A stretch of DNA of 25,550 bases from a virus (IMGVR_UViG_3300020045_002243:1-25550); one strand, 5' to 3'. Counted from the first letter of the stretch, positions 1-7,050 are shown. Translations and numbers: made by a program. The notes: a model not told the origin generated them from the letters alone.

Positions 1-30
1 GATTTATTACTAACATAAAGACATTATAAG

Positions 31-120
31 AATCCGATACGGAAAGCGAAATCTCACATCACGCTGACTGTATCGGATTTTACCGTTTAACTAAATAGTT
101 TATCCGTATCTTAAAACGGT
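31..120 (+). promoter_or_regulatory. Structured 5' leader (two hairpins plus an alternative pairing) upstream of the replication genes
   Basis: AATCCGATACGG (31-42) pairs with CTGTATCGGATT (68-79), with an inner AGCG/CGCT helix. ACCGTTT (82-88) pairs with AAACGGT (114-120). GATACGGA (36-43) can alternatively pair with TCCGTATC (103-110). Confidence 0.5.
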
Positions 121-127
121 TATTATT

Positions 128-346
128 ATGGCAAAATTTGAATTAAAGTTTATTGATGCAATTTTTGAAGAAGATTTTATTAAAGCAAATGTTTCAAACC
201 AGATTTCAGAAGGTTTTATTATGATATCTGGAATTGAAGGCGGAAAAGAATTTGAAATTATTTTAGACAAATCAACTGCAATAAAATTTGCTAAAACACT
301 TCGTACGGAGATTAACAAGATTACAGAAAGCGAGGTATCACTATGA
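128..346 (+). CDS. Hypothetical phage protein (72 aa)
   Basis: ORF track; ATGA overlap with the next gene. Confidence 0.75.
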   Translation: MAKFELKFIDAIFEEDFIKANVSNQISEGFIMISGIEGGKEFEIILDKSTAIKFAKTLRTEINKITESEVSL

Positions 347-981
347 ACGGATATGAACTTTCTAGAATTTGGTTTGATTGGTGCTTTGAAAATCCAGAGA
401 AAATATCTCCTAATCATTCAGCCGTTTATTTTTTCGCAATAGAGCACTGTAATCGATTAGGTTGGAGAAAGAAATTTGGATTTCCTACTGAAATGGTTAA
501 AGATGCTGTAGGGATAAAATCTTATAACACATACATTAAAACTCTTAATGATTTAGTTGACTGGGGATTTATAGAAATGATTGAAAGAAGTAAAAATCAG
601 TATTCTGCTAACATAGTTGCTTTGTCAAAATTTGATAAAGCACTTGATAAAGCACTTGATAAAGCAATAGTAAAGCACGTACTAAAGCAAAGTGAAAGCA
701 TTGATAGTATAGATAAACCATTAACTATAAACAAAGAAACCATCAACAGCAGTTTTGAAGTAATAAAATTTGAAGATGCTGTAAAAATATGTTTATTCGA
801 TGAAAACTGGAAAGAAGATGTAGAAAGGGTTTATAAAATAGACAGAAATAAAATACAATTTGCTTTAACAGACTTTTCAAATCATTGCGGAACTATCGGA
901 GAGAAAACGGATAAATCATTAAAAAACTTTCAAAAGCATTTTACTAACTGGGTAAGAATTAAAAAACAATATGCAATTTAA
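343..981 (+). CDS. Replication initiator / replisome organizer (N-terminal winged helix)
   Basis: N-terminal HTH-like segment (..GIKSYNTYIKTLNDLVDWGFIE..), central low-complexity DKAL repeats encoded by DNA iterons, C-terminal ..HFTNW.. motif; upstream of an AAA ATPase. Confidence 0.8.
   Translation: MNGYELSRIWFDWCFENPEKISPNHSAVYFFAIEHCNRLGWRKKFGFPTEMVKDAVGIKSYNTYIKTLNDLVDWGFIEMIERSKNQYSANIVALSKFDKALDKALDKAIVKHVLKQSESIDSIDKPLTINKETINSSFEVIKFEDAVKICLFDENWKEDVERVYKIDRNKIQFALTDFSNHCGTIGEKTDKSLKNFQKHFTNWVRIKKQYAI
632..701 (+). repeat. Iteron array, probable replication origin inside the initiator gene
   Basis: TTGATAAAGCA(C/A) x3 at 632, 644, 656, then degenerate copies; AAAGCA cores at 637, 649, 661, 672, 684, 695 (11-12 bp period). 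Confidence 0.75.
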
Positions 982-993
982 AAACTAAAAATT

Positions 994-1410
994 ATGAAAT
1001 TAGAACTAAAACATTTAGCGGGATATTTGCCTTATGTGTTGATGGGTAAAGAAGATGGTAACGAAAGCGTCGATAAGTTACTTGGAATTTACGGAACTGG
1101 TGGACATTCATTAACTTTATGCTGTAGGGTTAACAATCATAATACAGTTGACTACGATTGTACTATTGATGATTTTAAACCAATCCTACGACCACTTTCA
1201 GACCTTACAAAAGAGATTGAAGTAGATGGAGTAAAGTTTGTGCCTATTGATAGAATAGCTATTTATGGTTCTGAATATTATTTAATAGAACAAATAAAAA
1301 TAGGAATGCTTGAAGTTATTGTATGGCAAATGTTATTAGAATGGCATTTCGATATTTACGGACTAATTGAAGCTGATTTAGCAATAGATATAAATACTTT
1401 AAATAACTAG
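994..1410 (+). CDS. Hypothetical phage protein (138 aa)
   Basis: ORF track; KHLAxYLPY..KPILRPLSDLT..HFDIYGLI pattern resembles Bacteroidota phage hypotheticals (from recall). Confidence 0.8.
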   Translation: MKLELKHLAGYLPYVLMGKEDGNESVDKLLGIYGTGGHSLTLCCRVNNHNTVDYDCTIDDFKPILRPLSDLTKEIEVDGVKFVPIDRIAIYGSEYYLIEQIKIGMLEVIVWQMLLEWHFDIYGLIEADLAIDINTLNN

Positions 1411-1415
1411 AAATT

Positions 1416-1640
1416 ATGACGCCAAAAGAAAAAGCAGAAGAATTATCAATTAAAATGTGTTCTCCACATGATGTATTTAAACCAAATTTAGCATCAAATA
1501 GAAAAGCATTAATAGCAGTTGATGAATTAATAGAAAGTACCTTTTCTAAAAAATGGTATGACAATAATGACATTATTACAGCTGATTATTTATTAACAGA
1601 ATATTGGGAAGAGGTAAAAAAAGAAATTAAAAAATTATAA
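1416..1640 (+). CDS. Hypothetical phage protein (74 aa, MTPKEKA type)
   Basis: ORF track; tight packing. Confidence 0.8.
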   Translation: MTPKEKAEELSIKMCSPHDVFKPNLASNRKALIAVDELIESTFSKKWYDNNDIITADYLLTEYWEEVKKEIKKL

Positions 1641-1643
1641 AAT

Positions 1644-2150
1644 ATGTCATGGAAAATATATAGTGCTCAAACAAGAGTGTTCAACGTGTTTAAGCGTTCA
1701 AAAGATAAAATATACAAGGAAGACGTAGAAGCGCTAAAACTATTGAACGAAGAGCTTTTAAATAGCCAAAAAAAGTATGTTAATGATAATATTCTATATG
1801 CTAAGTTACTTTGCTTTGTAATGTATAAAAATATTGAGCATTTTAAAGATATTAAAAAATGTATTCAACATATTCAAGAAAATGTTTTTAACGGAAGTTT
1901 ACAAGAACATATCGAAATTCTAAAACTTAACTTAAATAAAAATGATTTTGACGAATATTTAAATACATTAGGACTTTCTAAAAGTATAGAATTTACAGAT
2001 TCAGAAAAAGAAAGTGATTTAGCAATACTAACAAAAAACCAAAACGAGATAATTAATAAACTTAAAAAGTTTTGGAGTCACGAAAAAGTAAAGAAATCAT
2101 TTTACAACACAGCAAACGAATTTTTAAAAGATATTGATAATTATAAATAA
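1644..2150 (+). CDS. Hypothetical protein (168 aa)
   Basis: ORF track; its TAA stop (2148-2150) forms the AAC core at the cassette junction. Confidence 0.8.
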   Translation: MSWKIYSAQTRVFNVFKRSKDKIYKEDVEALKLLNEELLNSQKKYVNDNILYAKLLCFVMYKNIEHFKDIKKCIQHIQENVFNGSLQEHIEILKLNLNKNDFDEYLNTLGLSKSIEFTDSEKESDLAILTKNQNEIINKLKKFWSHEKVKKSFYNTANEFLKDIDNYK

Positions 2151-2288
2151 CGTTTCGTGGCTTTGTCGTCGTTATGGTGAATTGTCACAAATACCAAAAA
2201 AAATACATTAATCATTAAATTTAAAAAACTATGAATACAAATAAAGCTAAAGTGCCACAATGCGACAAAACCGCTGTTATAAGCCGTT
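2147..2288 (-). other. attC-like recombination site (Bacteroidota type)
   Basis: Minus strand reads ..GGCTTATAAC AGCGG TTTTGTCG CATTGTGG..(AT-rich loop)..CCATAACG A CGACAAAG CCACGAAAC GTTAT: AAC/GTT outer cores, paired inner arms, one extrahelical base; 134 bp between the outer ATAAC and GTTAT. Confidence 0.7.
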
Positions 2289-2452
2289 TATCTTCTGAAA
2301 ACGCATTGAACGCATTGAATGAATTATACGAAAATATGTCAAATCCAAATATAGTAGAACCGTTAAAGGAGTTATTAGAAAGACACGGTTATAAAGCTGG
2401 TTTTTGTGATGGTTTTCGGTCTGCTATTGAGTACGTTAAGAATGGCTTACAA
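2151..2452 (-). mobile_element. Solitary integron-like gene cassette (302 bp)
   Basis: AAC core at both ends (2149-2151, 2451-2453). GTTATAAGCCGTT (2276-2288) is complementary to AATGGCTTACAAC (2441-2453) at 11/13 positions, so circularisation would rebuild a fully extended attC. Confidence 0.65.
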
Positions 2453-2491
2453 CTAATTGCTAATAGCTATAAATGTATTATAATAACTTAA
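2231..2491 (+). CDS. Cassette-borne hypothetical protein (86 aa)
   Basis: ATG lies in the attC loop; N-terminal PQCDKTAVISR is encoded by the attC arm; the last ~13 codons lie beyond the cassette boundary. Confidence 0.7.
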   Translation: MNTNKAKVPQCDKTAVISRLSSENALNALNELYENMSNPNIVEPLKELLERHGYKAGFCDGFRSAIEYVKNGLQLIANSYKCIIIT

Positions 2492-2506
2492 AAACACTAA
2501 TAAAAA

Positions 2507-3388
2507 ATGAACTTTGATGAACTAGATAAAAATGCAAAACCAGAAGAAATTTTTAATTTTATTGACATACATAAAAAATCTATAATTGATTTAGAATTAG
2601 TTTATGACAGACCACCTTTAAGGATTTCAATTGGCAGAGACGATAAATCATATAAAGGCGTACATCATCCTTTGAGATTTGGAACAGCAGGAAATATATC
2701 AATGATTAAAGGCGAAGAAAAAGCACGTAAATCATTTTTGAAGTCTTTAATACTTGGATGTTCTTTTGGTGGTCGCTCTAATGTTTATACAAATTCAATT
2801 GATATCATAGGGCATGAATTGCAAGACAAATATGTAATTGATATTGATACAGAGCAAGACGACTTTGATTCATGGCAAAGTGCAATACGTATTCCAAACA
2901 TGGTTGGTGAAATTCCTAGCAATTATTTGCCTTTAAAACTTAGGGAACGTTCTCCTGCAGAAAGACTGCAGTATATTGAGTGGTTATTCATGGAAAGTGA
3001 GTATAGAAATAAATTAGGCATTGTTTCTATTGATGGATATGTAGATCTAATAAACGATTTTAATTCACTTACAGAAAGCAGTAATTTAACTCAAAAGTTA
3101 ATGAAATGGTCTAGTATTAGCAAATCACATATTACTGGAGTTTTACACTTAAATCCTGGTTCTGATAAAGCTAGAGGACATTTAGGAACGATATTACAAA
3201 ACAAATGCGAAACCGTTGTTATTATAGCTGATAAAGGAACTTATAAAGAAGGTACAGAAGATGTAGGATATTCACTTGTAACTTGTCAAAGAGGAAGAGG
3301 AAAGAAGTTTAAAGAATTTTGTATTAAAGTTAATGATGAATGGTTGCCACAAATAATAGACAACCCAGAGGGAGGAAGTTGGGTATAA
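2507..3388 (+). CDS. RecA-like AAA ATPase / replicative helicase-like protein (AAA_25 type)
   Basis: Walker A variant GEEKARKS, IDIDTEQ, IVSIDG Walker B, VLHLNP..ARGHLG. Confidence 0.8.
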   Translation: MNFDELDKNAKPEEIFNFIDIHKKSIIDLELVYDRPPLRISIGRDDKSYKGVHHPLRFGTAGNISMIKGEEKARKSFLKSLILGCSFGGRSNVYTNSIDIIGHELQDKYVIDIDTEQDDFDSWQSAIRIPNMVGEIPSNYLPLKLRERSPAERLQYIEWLFMESEYRNKLGIVSIDGYVDLINDFNSLTESSNLTQKLMKWSSISKSHITGVLHLNPGSDKARGHLGTILQNKCETVVIIADKGTYKEGTEDVGYSLVTCQRGRGKKFKEFCIKVNDEWLPQIIDNPEGGSWV

Positions 3389-3403
3389 TTAAAAACAAAA
3401 ATT

Positions 3404-3556
3404 ATGATAAAAGATACAGAAATACAAAGAGTAATAAATTGCAATATTGGTAAAAAATGCAATAATTGTAAAATTGGAAAATATAAGGGCATTAAATTAA
3501 TTGGATTAACATTTATTATTTGCGACAATTGTGGCAAAAACTTATTGAAAAAGTAA
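3404..3556 (+). CDS. Small zinc-ribbon protein (50 aa)
   Basis: Manual translation MIKDTEIQRVINCNIGKKCNNCK..ICDNCGKNLLKK; two CxxC pairs; fills the gap between neighbours. Confidence 0.7.
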   Translation: MIKDTEIQRVINCNIGKKCNNCKIGKYKGIKLIGLTFIICDNCGKNLLKK

Positions 3557-3558
3557 TT

Positions 3559-3885
3559 ATGGAACATAAATTACAAATAAAACCTTTAAGCGTAAACGAT
3601 GCTTTTAAAGGGCGAAGATTTAGAACTGATAAGTATAATTCATTTATAAAAAATTGTTTATTAATGTTGCCTAAAAATATATCAATACCAGATAAATCAT
3701 TTATTAAGTTAGCAATTCAATTTGGATTTAGTAGTAAGGCAAGCGATATTGATAACTGTTGCAAATCTTTTATAGATTGTTTAGTTAAAAAGTACGGTGT
3801 TGATGACAAACATATTTACGAGTTGCACGTGTTTAAATCAATTGTTAAAAAAGGTGAAGAATTTATAAAATTTAAAATATACTAA
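3559..3885 (+). CDS. rusA: RusA-like Holliday junction resolvase
   Basis: KPLSVN N-terminus and SDIDNCCKSFIDCL..GVDDKHI (DxDN..K...D....DD) catalytic motif; ATG 3559 preferred over the TTG at 3520. Confidence 0.85.
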   Translation: MEHKLQIKPLSVNDAFKGRRFRTDKYNSFIKNCLLMLPKNISIPDKSFIKLAIQFGFSSKASDIDNCCKSFIDCLVKKYGVDDKHIYELHVFKSIVKKGEEFIKFKIY

Positions 3886-3886
3886 T

Positions 3887-4057
3887 ATGACCCACTGTAA
3901 ACATTGCGTTAAAAAATGCAAGACATACCAAACCTGTAAAGATTACGAACCATATAGTATAGATGCATTAGAAAAAGAAAAACGCACCGCAAATCCAGAA
4001 CGATTAAAGGAAATAATAGCTAAGTTAGACTTTTATTATTATGGTCGTGTTATTTAG
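3887..4057 (+). CDS. Small Cys-rich hypothetical protein (56 aa)
   Basis: Manual translation MTHCKHCVKKCKTYQTCKDYEPY..DFYYYGRVI*. Confidence 0.65.
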   Translation: MTHCKHCVKKCKTYQTCKDYEPYSIDALEKEKRTANPERLKEIIAKLDFYYYGRVI

Positions 4058-4071
4058 AATGATTATAAATA
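4051..4071. promoter_or_regulatory. Palindromic operator, Fur-box-like (copy 1)
   Basis: TATTTAGAAT-G-ATTATAAATA, 9/10 inverted repeat; 17/19 identical to the reverse complement of 17242-17260. Confidence 0.55.
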
Positions 4072-4094
4072 CAAATATTTTATTGTAAAATGTA

Positions 4095-4124
4095 TTGTTT
4101 ATTCAAAATACAACCTTATATTTG
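4095..4124 (+). promoter_or_regulatory. Bacteroidota housekeeping-sigma promoter
   Basis: TTG (4095-4097) N19 TATATTTG (4117-4124) matches the -33/-7 consensus; intergenic, upstream of the accessory cluster. Confidence 0.75.
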
Positions 4125-4160
4125 TACTCAGATAACAACAACATTTAAAAAATAGGAATT

Positions 4161-4535
4161 ATGAAAATACAAATTAAAAGACAAGAAGAATTTATTGAAG
4201 CTAAATATGCAACAATAGAAATAAATGAAAATAAATATAGATTATCTGAAACTATTGATGGAAGGTTGAAAGTAAATAAAACTTCGTTAGATGGAATGGA
4301 TAACTACATTAGAACATATCCATCTAACAATAATGAGATAGATATTAAAAAATATCGAGGAATTGCTTTTTTACAATTCAAAATGACGCATCGTATTAAT
4401 CAAGTTTTTGAAAGAAGAAAACTTATTGCGAAAGAAATATTAGAAAATGTAATACATCCAAATCAAATGTTATATGCTCAGGAAGAAATTGAGCAATTAG
4501 ATGAAATTTTGAAAGATTTTCTTTTTATAGGCTAA
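4161..4535 (+). CDS. Hypothetical protein (124 aa)
   Basis: ORF track. Confidence 0.7.
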   Translation: MKIQIKRQEEFIEAKYATIEINENKYRLSETIDGRLKVNKTSLDGMDNYIRTYPSNNNEIDIKKYRGIAFLQFKMTHRINQVFERRKLIAKEILENVIHPNQMLYAQEEIEQLDEILKDFLFIG

Positions 4536-4586
4536 TTTTTTAAGGCATTACTGTTAACTGTAATTACAAATTAAAAATACAAAAAA

Positions 4587-4850
4587 ATGGAAACAACAAA
4601 GTGGAGCGAAGATTTATCTAAAATTAAAAATCACACAATTTTAAACATAGTTATAAAAGGTGATTTTTGTAATGTTATGAAAGCATTTTACAAAAACGAA
4701 TATTTCTATATTATTGATACAGTAGTTCAATATCATTGGAATAGCATATCTCATTACTACATTGAAAATGAGTTTTGCAAATGTGATCCAAATAGAGACT
4801 TAGATACATCTACTTATTTAGTATGTAAAAAATGTAATATGAAACTATAG
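4587..4850 (+). CDS. Hypothetical protein with C-terminal CxC..CxxC (87 aa)
   Basis: ORF track. Confidence 0.7.
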   Translation: METTKWSEDLSKIKNHTILNIVIKGDFCNVMKAFYKNEYFYIIDTVVQYHWNSISHYYIENEFCKCDPNRDLDTSTYLVCKKCNMKL

Positions 4851-4871
4851 GCATTTATTTTAGTATTTATG

Positions 4872-4902
4872 ATAACTAATTTATAATAGCTATAAATACA
4901 TT
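4872..4902 (-). other. Empty attI-like site (second copy of the cassette target)
   Basis: AACTAATTtaTAATAGCTATAAAT (4874-4897) versus AACTAATTgcTAATAGCTATAAAT (2451-2474): 22/24 identical; intergenic. Confidence 0.5.
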
Positions 4903-4929
4903 GCAATAACTTAAAATAAACAAATAACC

Positions 4930-5043
4930 ATGACAACAATTATCTTTTTAATCCCGTTTGTAATCTTGTATTTACTTCAAGATACAATAACTGAATTTTT
5001 ATGCAAAGGAAAGTCTTTTGCTCCTAATGAAACAAAATGGTAA
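4930..5043 (+). CDS. Small membrane protein (37 aa)
   Basis: Manual translation MTTIIFLIPFVILYLLQD..ETKW*. Confidence 0.55.
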   Translation: MTTIIFLIPFVILYLLQDTITEFLCKGKSFAPNETKW

Positions 5044-5046
5044 TCT

Positions 5047-5253
5047 ATGAAAATATACGAAACGCTATTTAAAGACTCAGGATTGACTCAGGTTGATATA
5101 AGCAAGGAATTAAGTATGACTCAACAAAACGTGTCTAAAAAAAAGCAAAACATGCCTGCAATTAAAGCCTTGAGTATTGCAATGCAAAAATTAAATATTA
5201 ATTCGATAGAAGCACAAGAAAGTGGACTATCTGTAAAAATTGAAAGGTTATGA
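5047..5253 (+). CDS. XRE/Cro-like helix-turn-helix regulator
   Basis: GLTQVDISKELSMTQQNVS HTH signature. Confidence 0.8.
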   Translation: MKIYETLFKDSGLTQVDISKELSMTQQNVSKKKQNMPAIKALSIAMQKLNINSIEAQESGLSVKIERL

Positions 5254-5324
5254 AACTTAAAACACAAATTATAATCGGAGTAGCAATAGGAATATATTTT
5301 TTAATTCAAATAATATTTAGATAA
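5250..5324 (+). CDS. Micro membrane peptide (24 aa)
   Basis: MKLKTQIIIGVAIGIYFLIQIIFR*; ATGA-coupled to the HTH gene. Confidence 0.5.
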   Translation: MKLKTQIIIGVAIGIYFLIQIIFR

Positions 5325-5325
5325 G

Positions 5326-5853
5326 ATGGAAAAATACGAAATTACAAAAGAGCAAATACTTGAACTAGAGAACGGGTTTACATTACCTAAATTAAAGCAA
5401 TGGTTTCCAGAGGCTTTTAAGGTTAAGTTAGAGATAGAAAAATGGTATAAATGGAAAAACGGAGAAGTATTATTTAATTACCAAGAAAATGGTAAAATAT
5501 ATGGTTTTTTATATGGTAAATGGCACGTAACAGATTATTGGACTTGGGAGGCTACAAAGAATATAATAGAAGCCACAGAAAAAGAAGTATTTGAAGCATT
5601 GAAAAATGAATCTGTAAAGAGGGGACTTATTGATGGAGCTATTATAAATACATTGCAAGACGATTTAAATGTTGACTCTTGGATAAACGAAAACCAAAAC
5701 AAAGTTGGTCAAGATATATCTTTTGAAAATGGAAATTTATATGCAAAAGGTTATGGTAAATATTGCATATTCAAAAACGGAACTTGGGCAACAATTATAG
5801 AAACAATTACAAAAGAAGAAGCTGAGAAACTTTTAAATAAAAAGATAGTATGA
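5326..5853 (+). CDS. Hypothetical phage protein (175 aa)
   Basis: ORF track. Confidence 0.8.
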   Translation: MEKYEITKEQILELENGFTLPKLKQWFPEAFKVKLEIEKWYKWKNGEVLFNYQENGKIYGFLYGKWHVTDYWTWEATKNIIEATEKEVFEALKNESVKRGLIDGAIINTLQDDLNVDSWINENQNKVGQDISFENGNLYAKGYGKYCIFKNGTWATIIETITKEEAEKLLNKKIV

Positions 5854-5987
5854 AAATAGAAGTAATTAATGGTAAGTGGAATGTATCAGGTATTATTCTC
5901 GATATATTTATAAACTTTAAAAGAGAAATCGAAGTAATAAAAAGAAGTAAAATAACTAAAGAACATAATTACACATGGAAGCAATAG
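5850..5987 (+). CDS. Hypothetical protein (45 aa)
   Basis: Manual translation MKIEVINGKW..YTWKQ*; ATGA coupling. Confidence 0.55.
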   Translation: MKIEVINGKWNVSGIILDIFINFKREIEVIKRSKITKEHNYTWKQ

Positions 5988-6367
5988 CGATGAAATGCAC
6001 GCAAGAAGAGTTTGATAGTATCAAGGATAAATTATCAAAATTTAAGATAGAAGAGAGTCTTGCTTTAAATAAATTTTATCCATATTTAACAAATGAATAC
6101 ATATGTGAGATGGGATATATAGGAGCCAGTAATAGTACTTCATCTAGAAAAATATACGAATACTTTGATGAAGACATACTCCTAAAGGCTTGTGATATTG
6201 AAGTTGAGAAGCCTATAATGCAAGTATGGTTTGATGGTAGATGGGTTAATTATTCTGGTAAATATAGAGTTAAACCACAACCAGACTACAACAAAGAAAT
6301 TGAAAGTTTGCAAGAGAAAGCAAAAATAAACGGAATGAAGGCAGTAATTACATTTGAAAAGATATGA
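5975..6367 (+). CDS. Hypothetical phage protein (130 aa)
   Basis: ORF track. Confidence 0.8.
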   Translation: MEAIAMKCTQEEFDSIKDKLSKFKIEESLALNKFYPYLTNEYICEMGYIGASNSTSSRKIYEYFDEDILLKACDIEVEKPIMQVWFDGRWVNYSGKYRVKPQPDYNKEIESLQEKAKINGMKAVITFEKI

Positions 6368-6489
6368 AAAAAGAAAAAATAATTAAAATGATAGAGAGTA
6401 TTAAACCCCTACCATTTTTTACAGAGTCAGAGAAAAAAGTATTTCAATTAGCCTTAGATTTAGTAAAGGCACAAATAGGAGAATTATAA
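6364..6489 (+). CDS. Hypothetical protein (41 aa)
   Basis: Manual translation MKKEKIIKMIESIKPLPFF..IGEL*; overlaps both neighbours. Confidence 0.55.
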   Translation: MKKEKIIKMIESIKPLPFFTESEKKVFQLALDLVKAQIGEL

Positions 6490-6737
6490 TGAAAACAATA
6501 TACAACACTTACGTAGAAATGGAATCACAGGAACAATGTGATAGGATGAAACAATTATGTATTGATAATGGATTAGATATTTGGAGTTATTGTGATGCAT
6601 TTAAATTATGCAAAGATAAATCTTACTTTGGTTTTAAAGATGATTTTGCAATATTTGGTTCTTATTTAGATGGAGAAACAGAAATAACAGAACAAGAATT
6701 TATTAAAATACTAAAACATGAGCAAGAAAACAAATAA
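6489..6737 (+). CDS. Hypothetical phage protein (82 aa)
   Basis: ORF track. Confidence 0.75.
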   Translation: MKTIYNTYVEMESQEQCDRMKQLCIDNGLDIWSYCDAFKLCKDKSYFGFKDDFAIFGSYLDGETEITEQEFIKILKHEQENK

Positions 6738-6840
6738 ATACGAGACTATTTTTGAAATGGAATATCGCTTGAAACAAGAAGCTAAAGAGTTAGTTAAAAA
6801 GCATGTTGATGTTAAACCTGTAAAATATATGATAAAATGA
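6718..6840 (+). CDS. Hypothetical protein (40 aa)
   Basis: Manual translation MSKKTNKYETIFEMEYRLKQEAK..YMIK*. Confidence 0.5.
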   Translation: MSKKTNKYETIFEMEYRLKQEAKELVKKHVDVKPVKYMIK

Positions 6841-6950
6841 AAAAAATAGATTTGTTATTTAATATTATTGGGATAGCCACAGTGCTTTGGATGTTTATTT
6901 GTATAGTATGTGTTATAATAATACAAGTAATCATGCATAAAAACAATTAA
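6837..6950 (+). CDS. Small membrane protein (37 aa)
   Basis: MKKIDLLFNIIGIATVLWMFICIVCVIIIQVIMHKNN*; single transmembrane segment; ATGA coupling. Confidence 0.55.
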   Translation: MKKIDLLFNIIGIATVLWMFICIVCVIIIQVIMHKNN

Positions 6951-6954
6951 GATT

Positions 6955-7041
6955 ATGAGAGAAACAAAACTTTTTATAGGTATAGTTGTAGTATCTTTAT
7001 TCTTATTTTCAATATTTTTTATTAGCCTGCATATTTTGTAG
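6955..7041 (+). CDS. Small membrane peptide (28 aa)
   Basis: MRETKLFIGIVVVSLFLFSIFFISLHIL*. Confidence 0.45.
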   Translation: MRETKLFIGIVVVSLFLFSIFFISLHIL

Positions 7042-7050
7042 GCTTTTTTT
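7024..7050 (+). terminator. Intrinsic terminator ending the accessory cluster
   Basis: AGCCTGCA / TGTAGGCT stem followed by a T run. Confidence 0.75.

Noticed and set aside
632-701. CRISPR array interpretation of the tandem repeats
   Set aside because: 12-bp units with no spacers, inside a CDS; no cas genes in the window.
4161-4535. Possible fusion of two small genes (internal ATG at 4383)
   Set aside because: Cannot be supported without homologues.
4536-4875. ORF 4587-4850 as a second cassette ending at the 4872 site
   Set aside because: No attC-like hairpin or complementary GTTATCAT-type box found upstream, so the site is treated as empty.
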